Shown here: positions 9,155-17,199 of the stretch, in pieces
How positions within the stretch are numbered: position 1 is the first letter of the stretch
How the letters are laid out: the number at the start of each line of letters is the position of its first letter
Source: Candidatus Nomurabacteria bacterium
GTDB taxonomy: Bacteria > Patescibacteriota > Minisyncoccia > Phycocordibacterales > UBA918
NCBI GenBank assembly: GCA_020632135.1
Contig: JACKGC010000001.1
Span: 308,241-372,240 of the forward strand
Reading direction: 5' to 3'
DNA: 64,000 nucleotides
The notes under the pieces: model-generated
Told to the model about the DNA's origin: nothing
Database searches by the model: none
What the model saw: only the letters and a program-made list of their open reading frames with translations
Program-made: the position numbers and the translations under genes

Positions 9155-10069
9155 TTACTTACTATGAAACTTCTTATGTACCTCACGCAAGTGTTTGTCG
9201 GTGACATGTGTGTACACCTGCGTGGTGTTGATACTTGCATGACCAAGAAGCGCCTGCACGCTGCGGATGTCGGCACCATTCTGCAGGAGATCAGTCGCAA
9301 AGCTGTGGCGAATTACGTGCGGTGTCACCTTGCGCGTGATACCCGCAGCCGCGGCGTACTTCTTGATAAGTCGTTGCACGGCACGCGGTTGAAGGCGAAG
9401 ATCACCGCCGTCATTTTGTTTCCGCCCATACCGCACGAACATCGCGTCATCCATATCTTTGCGGTGCTTTAGATATTCTTGGAGTGTGGAGCGTGCAGTA
9501 TCAGAAAGAAACACCACCCGCACTTTGTCACCTTTTCCGCGCACCGAAAATTCATCGCGACTCATATCAACATCATCGATCGAGAGGGAACAGAGCTCAG
9601 AGATACGAAGGCCAGTCGAGAAGAGTAGCTCAAGGATCGCACTGTCTCTTTTACCTTCAAGCGTTTTCGTATCCGGTGCTTTCATGAGTCGCTTCAGCTC
9701 TGCCGAAGAAATAAGATCGAGTGAACGCTCAGGTACTTTCGCCAGCTCGATCCGCTCGGGCGAGAGCGCTTCGATATCGCGCTTACGAAGGTACTTGAGA
9801 AATGCCCGCAGCGCAATGAGGTAGTAGTTTTGCGTGCGGCGTTTCATGGGTTCGCGTCGGCTGCCGACCTTCGTGCCCGGCTGACGATTGAGATGGAGGC
9901 GAAACTCACGCACTTGTTCCTCAGTGAGGTCGCTTGGTTTTTTGACTTTTGCAAAATCAAAAAACCGGCCGAGGTACCGATCATAGTTCTCCACCGTCTT
10001 CACTGACCTACCCCGTTCAATTTCGAGGTACTCCAAAAATTGGGATTTCAGTTTCACCAAGTCGTGCAT
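9155..10069 (-). CDS. Tyrosine site-specific recombinase, XerC/XerD family
   Basis: The C-terminal catalytic region is HVIRHSFATDLLQNGADIRSVQALLGHASINTTQVYTHV (R..H-R-H..Y pattern). An N-terminal SAM-like domain is also present. Confidence 0.85.
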   Translation of the reverse strand: MHDLVKLKSQFLEYLEIERGRSVKTVENYDRYLGRFFDFAKVKKPSDLTEEQVREFRLHLNRQPGTKVGSRREPMKRRTQNYYLIALRAFLKYLRKRDIEALSPERIELAKVPERSLDLISSAELKRLMKAPDTKTLEGKRDSAILELLFSTGLRISELCSLSIDDVDMSRDEFSVRGKGDKVRVVFLSDTARSTLQEYLKHRKDMDDAMFVRYGRKQNDGGDLRLQPRAVQRLIKKYAAAAGITRKVTPHVIRHSFATDLLQNGADIRSVQALLGHASINTTQVYTHVTDKHLREVHKKFHSK

Positions 10070-10192
10070 AGAACCAGTATAGCAATTCTGCGAAATGTTT
10101 TGTGCAGTTGGAGAACAGCATTTACAAACATACTCAATAAGAGTATAAAAACTACAGCATCTCGTACCTTACGCTACACTAGGAGCACCCTA

Positions 10193-10663
10193 ATGGCTGA
10201 AAGTAAAATCAGACCTAACTTATTTGCTGAGTTTGTCGAAGCACAAACCCTGCAGCCATACACCATCGTTCCGTCTGAGACAGTGCGGCAACTAACTGCC
10301 TGGATGGAAAACTACTACACCAACGGCCCACCTGACATTCGAAAGTGTGTCGAGACTTGGAAAAAGTTAGCCAATGCTTGCCAAAAATTTGACGACTTTG
10401 CCCATGTCGTAGAAACCATGAAAGATAAGGAGAGCGGGAACGAGAATCTCAAAGAATACAATTTCTTGAGTCGATACGCTGAACTGGCAAACTCTGACGA
10501 ACAGGTCTTCTTAGTGTTGCTGCACTTCTCTGCCTACCACCGCTTTTCTAAAGATGGGTACATCCGTCTTATATACACAATCGTTAGAGAAAAAGCAGTC
10601 ACTGTAATGGAGCAGAACACGAAGCTGATCCGGCCTATGCTCCACGCTTTCGGTTGCGCTTAA
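10193..10663 (+). CDS. Hypothetical protein (156 aa)
   Basis: Promoter TTTACA-N17-TATAAA (10121-10149) and SD AGGAG (10181-10185). The terminator is identical to that of the next gene. Start at the internal ATG 10193. Confidence 0.5.
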   Translation: MAESKIRPNLFAEFVEAQTLQPYTIVPSETVRQLTAWMENYYTNGPPDIRKCVETWKKLANACQKFDDFAHVVETMKDKESGNENLKEYNFLSRYAELANSDEQVFLVLLHFSAYHRFSKDGYIRLIYTIVREKAVTVMEQNTKLIRPMLHAFGCA

Positions 10664-10683
10664 CGTTCATCAAGACGGACCAT

Positions 10684-10717
10684 TTGCCACTCCCGCCCCG
10701 GCGGGAGTTTGTTTTAC
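10684..10717 (+). terminator. Terminator hairpin, copy 1 of an exact 34-nt repeat
   Basis: ttgccactcccgccccggcgggagtttgttttac, with stem ctcccgcc/ggcgggag followed by a T-rich tract. It is identical to 11080-11113. Confidence 0.75.
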
Positions 10718-10812
10718 TGACATGTTACACGGGAGGGGAGAACGTACAAAACATTGACATTGCCAAGAGAAATCTGTACTAATAGCTTTGGACTAATACT
10801 CAGGAGATTGAG

Positions 10813-11079
10813 ATGGCGACTATTGAAAGTTTGCTCAAATGGCAAAATGATCGAACGGAAGCGGTGAGAAAAGCAAAATCTGCTTCCATCCTTCTAAAAT
10901 CAGACCAAATACCATTCGACAGAATAATGGACGTGGTTTGGACAATGGAAATTGACCCTATAAAAGTGCTCGATCTAGTAGAAGAGGGTTGGCAGCTACT
11001 TCATATTGACACTGGAGACGAACTAGATGAAATGAATCCAGGTCCGATTCTTTATTTCGCCAAGCTACAAGAAGCTTGA
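10813..11079 (+). CDS. Small hypothetical acidic protein (88 aa)
   Basis: Promoter TTGACA-N17-TACTAA (10754-10782), SD AGGAG (10802-10806) and an identical 34-nt terminator immediately downstream. Confidence 0.5.
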   Translation: MATIESLLKWQNDRTEAVRKAKSASILLKSDQIPFDRIMDVVWTMEIDPIKVLDLVEEGWQLLHIDTGDELDEMNPGPILYFAKLQEA

Positions 11080-11113
11080 TTGCCACTCCCGCCCCGGCGG
11101 GAGTTTGTTTTAC
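11080..11113 (+). terminator. Terminator hairpin, copy 2 of the exact 34-nt repeat
   Basis: Identical in sequence to 10684-10717. Confidence 0.75.
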
Positions 11114-11120
11114 ACCTCTG

Positions 11121-11269
11121 TGAAACCAACCTCACTTTGGCGAGAGCATCCGCAGGCGCTGAGCCAGTCTTTCATTCCCTTAAAATTAAATAGGATGAAA
11201 GTCAGCGCTGAGGACGAAGTGAGATTCTGCTGAGAATCTCACGGTCGAGACAAGGTGAGGATGGTTTCA
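11121..11269. repeat. Intergenic foldback element E1 (multi-hairpin, closed by a 15-bp outer stem)
   Basis: Outer stem tgaaaccaacctcac (11121-11135) / gtgaggatggtttca (11255-11269) pairs 14/15. Inner hairpins include gtgagattc/gaatctcac. It carries the boxes GCATCCGCAGGCG and GAGGACG..GATTCT, which are shared with other elements. Confidence 0.6.
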
Positions 11270-11421
11270 TACACGGCTCAAAACGACTTGATTTTTACTC
11301 AAAATATGCTATTATCCTCCCAACCTAATTACAGGTTATTTATTCCGAATCGATGGTGCCACCGATGTTGCAAAACATATGAGTGGATCCACACGATCGA
11401 TTTCGTAACACAAAATACACT

Positions 11422-11688
11422 ATGCTATCAAAGCGAGTTAAAGAGAATGAAGTAAAGAAGACCCAGCGTCACGACAAGGACACCGGTTCACCTGAAGCGC
11501 AGGTTGCCCTCCTTACTCGTCAGATCGAAGAACTTTCTGCTCACCTACGTAAGCACAAGAAGGACTTCCACTCACGTCGCGGACTCCTTCAGATGGTGGC
11601 CAACCGCCGCAAGCATCTGAAGTATCTTCAGAAGAAAGATGAGAAGGCGTATGCTGCACTCATCAAGAAGCTTGGCCTCAAGGGTTAA
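11422..11688 (+). CDS. rpsO: 30S ribosomal protein S15
   Basis: [48 protein letters not shown] is typical of S15. Start at the internal ATG 11422 (88 aa). Confidence 0.9.
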   Translation: MLSKRVKENEVKKTQRHDKDTGSPEAQVALLTRQIEELSAHLRKHKKDFHSRRGLLQMVANRRKHLKYLQKKDEKAYAALIKKLGLKG

Positions 11689-11695
11689 TGCAAGA

Positions 11696-11730
11696 CAAAA
11701 ACTCGCACCATACTCTGGAGCGAGTTTTTG
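11696..11730 (+). terminator. rpsO terminator-like hairpin
   Basis: aaaaactcgc / gcgagttttt, a 10-bp stem with a 13-nt loop followed by a T run. Confidence 0.5.
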
Positions 11731-11764
11731 TTTTGCGGTATAGTGAAACGGAACTTCTGGTCTC

Positions 11765-11846
11765 GCTCATGCTTCCGTATTTGCGAGACTCAGCGGTTTC
11801 GGCTTCGCCTGCAAATGCTTCGCTACACAAACACGGAAGCATGAGC
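11765..11846. repeat. Intergenic foldback element E2
   Basis: Perfect 14-bp stem gctcatgcttccgt / acggaagcatgagc around a 54-nt interior. The reverse complement of the interior carries GCATTTGCAGGCG...GCTGAG, similar to E1. Confidence 0.6.
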
Positions 11847-11896
11847 TAGCGATGAACACTACACACAGAATCTTTTGAATTTTGTGTAGCGTTAAA

Positions 11897-11986
11897 AGGA
11901 GGGTGAAAGTCGCTGCGTAGGGAAACATCCGGAGCGACAATACCCGGAGCGAGGACGTTGATTCTCGCAGCGACTTTCACCCTCCT
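11897..11986. repeat. Intergenic foldback element A (21-bp perfect stem, 48-nt conserved loop)
   Basis: Stem aggagggtgaaagtcgctgcg (11897-11917) / cgcagcgactttcaccctcct (11966-11986). The loop tagggaaacatccggagcgacaatacccggagcgaggacgttgattct is 44/48 identical to the loop at 56086-56133. Confidence 0.75.
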
Positions 11987-12031
11987 AAAAATTTTCATAA
12001 TAGAAAACTTACAAAATTAATTTCCAAATTT

Positions 12032-12637
12032 ATGGGAGTAATCCGACACCCCGACCAACGCGTCGCGGTAATCATTGATACGCAGAATCTGTATCACAGT
12101 GCAAAAAATTTATACAAGTCGAAAGTAAACTTCGCAGAAGTTGTCAAAGCTGCCGTGCAAAATCGCAAACTCATCCGCGCCACTTCGTATGTGGTAAACA
12201 CGGAAGGCGGGGAAGAGAGCGCATTCTTTGAAGCGCTCGAGAAGGTCGGTATTGAGATCAAAACCAAAGACCTTCAGATCTTCTATGGCGGAGCCAAGAA
12301 GGCCGACTGGGACATCGGGATGGCGGTCGACGCCATTAAGATGGCCCCGAAGATGGATGCGATCATCTTTGCGACCGGCGATGGCGACTTCATTCCAGCA
12401 GTTGAGTACATCAAGAGTCTCGGCTGTCAGGTAGAGGCAATCACCTTTGGTCGGTCAGCTTCATCAGGACTCCGTGCGGCCGTCGATGACTTTATTGACC
12501 TCGATAGCGACCCAAAGAAATTCTTGATCGGCTATCGGCCAAGTCGGCGCCCTACCACACGCAATCGCGTCACCCGTGGTAGCAACAAAACCAGCAACAC
12601 GAAAGTCGTCGGTGCAGATACGGATGGACTGTTGTAA
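12032..12637 (+). CDS. NYN-domain (LabA-like) predicted RNase
   Basis: VAVIIDTQNLYHSAK...DWDIGMAVDAIKMA..DAIIFATGDGDFIPAVEYIK.LGCQVEAITF matches the NYN/LabA pattern. The C-terminal tail is basic. Confidence 0.75.
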   Translation: MGVIRHPDQRVAVIIDTQNLYHSAKNLYKSKVNFAEVVKAAVQNRKLIRATSYVVNTEGGEESAFFEALEKVGIEIKTKDLQIFYGGAKKADWDIGMAVDAIKMAPKMDAIIFATGDGDFIPAVEYIKSLGCQVEAITFGRSASSGLRAAVDDFIDLDSDPKKFLIGYRPSRRPTTRNRVTRGSNKTSNTKVVGADTDGLL

Positions 12638-12644
12638 GGAGGGA

Positions 12645-12685
12645 GAGAAAGCGGGGCGCCCACGAAGTGGGCGCCCCGCTTTCTC
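12645..12685 (+). terminator. Intrinsic terminator hairpin
   Basis: gagaaagcggggcgccca / tgggcgccccgctttctc, a perfect 18-bp stem with a 5-nt loop. Confidence 0.75.
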
Positions 12686-12805
12686 CTCTCTAGCACTTCA
12701 TTGCAGAGTTTGCTATCGTTGCCTTGTTATACATCGGAGTTGTGCACGACCGGATATTTGATCATTCAAATGTCTCATCGTGCACATCTTGTTAAAATTA
12801 CGTTA

Positions 12806-14923
12806 ATGAAATCGCAATCTTTTTCATTGGATCTTGCAGGAAAGACCCTCACCGCAGAGTTCTCAGACCTTACATCTCAAGCAAATGGTTCAGTCCTCCT
12901 TACATACGGCGAGACTGCCATCCTCGTCACTGCAGTCATGGGAGAGCAGGAGGTGCCCATGCACTATTTTCCCCTATCAGTCGAATTCGAAGAGAAATTC
13001 TACGCTGCTGGCGCCATCCTTGGCAGTCGCTTCCAGCGCCGCGAAGGTCGCCCGAGCGACGAAGCAGTACTCTCTGCCCGCATCGTCGATCGCACGATTC
13101 GTCCACTCTTTAACCAGCACATTCGCCAAGAGGTGCAGGTGGTAGTCTCGGTGCTGGCGATCGGCGAGGATGACCCGGACGTCCTTGGCGTCATCGGCGC
13201 ATCATTAGCGCTCGCGGTATCTGATATCCCCTGGCGTGGGCCGGTTGGTGCAGTGCGCATTGGTCGCAACAAGGAAACAAACCAAATTGTCATCAACCCC
13301 ACGTATGCTGAACGCTCAGAAGGACTGCTTGATTTTGAAGTGTTAGCCTGCGGTAAAGATAGCACCATTAACATGATCGAAACGGCTGCTCATGAAGTGT
13401 CGGAAGACGACATTGTGTCAGTACTGAGTGCAGCGACCACCATCCACCAACAGCTCGAGAGTTGGCAAATAGGAATCGTCGCTGCAGTTGGAAAAGAGAA
13501 ACAAACCGAACCAATACGTGACATCCCTGAAGCACTTACCAAACTCTTTGCCGACAACTTCAAAACCAAACTCTCAGAAACCCTCTTTTCAAACCGAGCC
13601 GGGAAATCTCACATCTATGAGCTCAAACATGAGTTCCTCATGGCCGTCAAAGATCGTGAGATCGACACCGCTATTGCTGGTGACTTTTTTGAAGGCGAAG
13701 TCGACAAAGAGTTGCACCGAGGCGCACTCCAAGAAGGTAAGCGCGCCGACGGTCGCGGCATGGATGAGGTGCGCGAACTGTTCGCGAAGGCAGGAGGTAT
13801 CTCACCTGTTCTCCACGGCTCCGGTATTTTCTATCGCGGAGGTACGCACATCTTCTCAGCTCTTACCCTAGGTGGCCCTGAAGCCGCACAGATCATCGAC
13901 ACCATTGAAACTGCTGATACCAAAAAGCGCTTCATGCACCACTACAACTTCCCACCATTTTCGGTCGGAGAGACGGGTCGCGTGGGCGGCTTTAATCGCC
14001 GTATGATCGGCCACGGTGCGCTTGCAGAAAAAGCCTTGGCACCAGTTATTCCTTCTCAAGTGGAATTCCCATACACGATACGCCTCGTTTCTGAAACGCT
14101 CTCTAGTAACGGCTCAAGCTCAATGGGATCAGTCTGCGGATCCACCATTGCCCTGATGGACGGCGGTGTGCCAATTACTCGTCCCGTCGCCGGCATCGCT
14201 TCAGGGGTGATGATCGATGGTGAGCAATATACACTCTTAACCGACATCCAAGGTCCTGAAGATGAATTTGGGGATATGGATTTTAAGGTCGCTGGGACGA
14301 CTGAAGGGGTGACAGCGATCCAAATGGATGTAAAAGTCGACGGTATTCCACTACATATATTAGAAGGTGCTCTCGAAAAGGCTCGTCTTGCGCGTTTGGA
14401 AATTCTCGCAGTAATCACTGCAGAGATCGCCACGCCTCGCAGCAATATCTCCTCGCGCGCGCCAGAGATCATCGTCGTACAGATCCTACCTGAGCAGATC
14501 GGGCTCGTTATCGGCGGAGGTGGTAAAACAATCAACAGTATCAAGGACGACACTGGTGTTGAAGAGATCACCATCGAAGAAGATGGCACCGTCTTTATCA
14601 CAGGAAAAAATGGTACTGCCCAAGCTGCAGTCGACCGGATCCGTGCCCTCACCAAGATCTACGAGGTAGGAGAACGACTCAATGTCACCGTCACCCGGTT
14701 GGCTACTTTTGGAGCCTTTGCCAAACTCGATGCTTTCAATGAGGGACTGATCCATATTTCAGAGATCGCTCCATTCCGGATCGAGACAATGGACGGCATC
14801 CTGAAGGAAGGGGAGGTTGTACCAGTCATCATTTCTAAAGTGGAAGATGGCAAGATCGGCCTCTCGATCAAGCAGGCTGACCCCGATTTTGCAAAAAAAC
14901 GCGGTTTAGAACCTAAAAAATAA
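12806..14923 (+). CDS. pnp: Polynucleotide phosphorylase
   Basis: Two RNase PH-like domains, a KH domain (GGGGKTINSI) and an S1 domain (ATFGAFAKL...GLIHISE). The start is uncertain (12806 preferred, 12770 possible). Confidence 0.9.
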   Translation: MKSQSFSLDLAGKTLTAEFSDLTSQANGSVLLTYGETAILVTAVMGEQEVPMHYFPLSVEFEEKFYAAGAILGSRFQRREGRPSDEAVLSARIVDRTIRPLFNQHIRQEVQVVVSVLAIGEDDPDVLGVIGASLALAVSDIPWRGPVGAVRIGRNKETNQIVINPTYAERSEGLLDFEVLACGKDSTINMIETAAHEVSEDDIVSVLSAATTIHQQLESWQIGIVAAVGKEKQTEPIRDIPEALTKLFADNFKTKLSETLFSNRAGKSHIYELKHEFLMAVKDREIDTAIAGDFFEGEVDKELHRGALQEGKRADGRGMDEVRELFAKAGGISPVLHGSGIFYRGGTHIFSALTLGGPEAAQIIDTIETADTKKRFMHHYNFPPFSVGETGRVGGFNRRMIGHGALAEKALAPVIPSQVEFPYTIRLVSETLSSNGSSSMGSVCGSTIALMDGGVPITRPVAGIASGVMIDGEQYTLLTDIQGPEDEFGDMDFKVAGTTEGVTAIQMDVKVDGIPLHILEGALEKARLARLEILAVITAEIATPRSNISSRAPEIIVVQILPEQIGLVIGGGGKTINSIKDDTGVEEITIEEDGTVFITGKNGTAQAAVDRIRALTKIYEVGERLNVTVTRLATFGAFAKLDAFNEGLIHISEIAPFRIETMDGILKEGEVVPVIISKVEDGKIGLSIKQADPDFAKKRGLEPKK

Positions 14924-14991
14924 CACTTTCGGTACACAAGGTAGTGAAAAACTCAGCCTTAGCCGACTAGAATCATGCGATACTAGTAGCA

Positions 14992-16806
14992 ATGGCCAGT
15001 TCACTCCATAAAGCTCCAACTCGTCTGCGTACGTACGCCAGCGACCTTGAAGCTGAACGAGCACGTCAGGGTAAACCGTCTAAGGCTACTCCTATACCTG
15101 CGCACGCGAGTGCACCAACACCAGAACCAATTGTTAAAAAACCGAAGTCGCTTCCAGGCCCGGCGATCAAAGTAGAATCGAAAGGACACTCAATCAAACC
15201 GGAATCAAAACGCAAGATCGAAGCGGCACCCCGTAAACACATCCCGATCCCTAGGATTGCTGCTGATGAATCAGTGCTTAAGCCGAAAGTGACCGCGCCA
15301 CCACCAAAGAAAATCGGTACGATCCCGGCTTTTCATGAACTAGAAAAGAAAGTCTCCAAGACACAAGAACATATCGTTGCAGAAGAGAGTAAGCAACCGA
15401 TCACTCCACGTCGAAAAAAGAAAGACAAAAAAGCTCGTCCACACCGACCAAACATCGGTTATGATGCAACGGTCATCACTGAAAAAAAGACCAATCGATT
15501 TAAACTGATACCGGCAATCATCGATGCGATCGTCGCGTGGGCAAAGTCTCTAAAACTCAAACACAAGAAAAAGAAAGCACCACAATATGTGGTCCCTGAA
15601 ACCCATCGCCGGAAGGGGGTGATCGAGCGTGCCACCACCAAGACCGGTTCGATCTTTACTGCTGACAACGAGACACTCAAGGAGCAGATCCGGCGGCGGC
15701 GGCAGAAGACCGATGCCCAAGCAAATGCTGAGACCACCTGGTCACCATTTACTGAAACAGTCTACCCACTTCTTGAAGCTCCAGAAGAGATACGTACTGA
15801 CCCGCAAAATGTTGCTGTTGAGTATAAGAAGATTGGCCAAACTCCAGCACCGGTGGTACCAGCGCCGATACCGACCAGCCCTGCACCTGCCCCCGAAGCA
15901 GTACCAGTACCTGAGCCGGCTCCAACTCCAACTCTCGAACCGATCACTACCGACCCTGTCACCGGCCTGACTGACGAAGAACGTTGGAGTCAGTCAGACA
16001 CTGAGCCACAAGCCACGGAGCCAACACTGACTCCTGAGATCGTCAGTTCAGAGCCGGCTCCAGTAGCACCAACACCACAGCCGCTTCCGGCCACTGCGGC
16101 GATCGCACCGATGCGCGGCAGTGGTATCAGCCGACTACAAAACGATACCAACACCCTCACCGTTATTCTCTTAGCGAGCGTACTTGGTGTCGTCGCAGTG
16201 ATCTTCGCCGGCTACCTACTCGTCAAACAATTTAGCGGTCCCGCCACTACCAACACACCCGTTGTAACAGTGACCACCAATCCGATCTTTGCAAACACAA
16301 CTGTAACAAGCGTCCCAATTGGTGCCAATCATATGAATGTGTTGCCAGTCATTATCAAGCAGGCAGTCTCTTCAAGTTCAGCTGGTATTGTGGAATTCAC
16401 CATTGTATCTGGGGTAGGTGATGAGCTCAGTGCACCATATCTATTTGACCTCCTTAGCTTCAAGACTGTCCCTATCTTTAAACAGTCTCTCACCATCATG
16501 CGTTTTGTCAGCGTCAATCATGGTACACCAGCCATCGCGGTACAGTTTGTCGACACAGATACTGTGCGCGGGGGATTCCTCAATTGGGAGGCAACCATGG
16601 CTAGAGACTTGCGCGCACTCTACGACATCCCAGCCGACATGACACTCGACTTCATAGATGACACTATCGCAGGTAAAGATGTGCGTGTCTTACGTGTCGA
16701 TGGTCGTAGCTGGCTGGTGTACGGCATCATTGGAGATAACACCGCTCTAATCGCACCAAATACCGCCACCTTCTCACAAGTCGTGGAACTTGGCTTACGC
16801 GAGTAG
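14992..16806 (+). CDS. Hypothetical single-pass membrane protein with a long Lys/Pro-rich N-terminal region
   Basis: 604 aa. It has an N-terminal RLRTYASDLE motif, about 390 aa of low complexity, one TM (LTVILLASVLGVVAVIFAGYLLV) and a C-terminal domain of about 190 aa. Confidence 0.55.
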   Translation: MASSLHKAPTRLRTYASDLEAERARQGKPSKATPIPAHASAPTPEPIVKKPKSLPGPAIKVESKGHSIKPESKRKIEAAPRKHIPIPRIAADESVLKPKVTAPPPKKIGTIPAFHELEKKVSKTQEHIVAEESKQPITPRRKKKDKKARPHRPNIGYDATVITEKKTNRFKLIPAIIDAIVAWAKSLKLKHKKKKAPQYVVPETHRRKGVIERATTKTGSIFTADNETLKEQIRRRRQKTDAQANAETTWSPFTETVYPLLEAPEEIRTDPQNVAVEYKKIGQTPAPVVPAPIPTSPAPAPEAVPVPEPAPTPTLEPITTDPVTGLTDEERWSQSDTEPQATEPTLTPEIVSSEPAPVAPTPQPLPATAAIAPMRGSGISRLQNDTNTLTVILLASVLGVVAVIFAGYLLVKQFSGPATTNTPVVTVTTNPIFANTTVTSVPIGANHMNVLPVIIKQAVSSSSAGIVEFTIVSGVGDELSAPYLFDLLSFKTVPIFKQSLTIMRFVSVNHGTPAIAVQFVDTDTVRGGFLNWEATMARDLRALYDIPADMTLDFIDDTIAGKDVRVLRVDGRSWLVYGIIGDNTALIAPNTATFSQVVELGLRE

Positions 16807-16821
16807 GGTATACTGCACCAT

Positions 16822-17193
16822 ATGCAACAAGAAGTACTGAAGGTTCGTCTCGAGACAGAACTGGCAAATCTAACCACTGACTTAAAAAAGATCGCTACTC
16901 TACACCCAAGCACCGGTGATTGGGTGGCTCGCTTTAGCACTGATGAAATCGGAAACGCTGATGAAAATGTGGTAGCAGACACCACGGAAGACTGGGATAC
17001 CAACCGAGCGCTCCTGGCTCAACTTGAAATTCGCTACCGTAATATCACACGCGCCCTCGACAAATTCAATGAAGGCACCTATGGTGTGTGTGAAATCAGC
17101 GGAGAACCAATTGAGCCTGAGCGGCTAGACGCCAACCCCGCCGCCCGCACAAACCTTGCCAATCGAGATCGCGAAGCCGAACTGCCACTGTAG
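16822..17193 (+). CDS. DksA/TraR-family protein with a degenerate zinc finger
   Basis: The C-terminal GTYGVCEISGEPIEPERLDANPAART matches the DksA/TraR C4 finger region, but only 1 of 4 Cys is retained. A coiled-coil region lies upstream. Confidence 0.6.
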   Translation: MQQEVLKVRLETELANLTTDLKKIATLHPSTGDWVARFSTDEIGNADENVVADTTEDWDTNRALLAQLEIRYRNITRALDKFNEGTYGVCEISGEPIEPERLDANPAARTNLANRDREAELPL

Positions 17194-17199
17194 TCACCC

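Noticed and set aside
11289-11421. S15 autoregulatory leader structure upstream of rpsO
   Set aside because: The region between the putative promoter and the ATG at 11422 is short and AT-rich, with no obvious pseudoknot or three-way junction. Element E1 lies upstream of the promoter.
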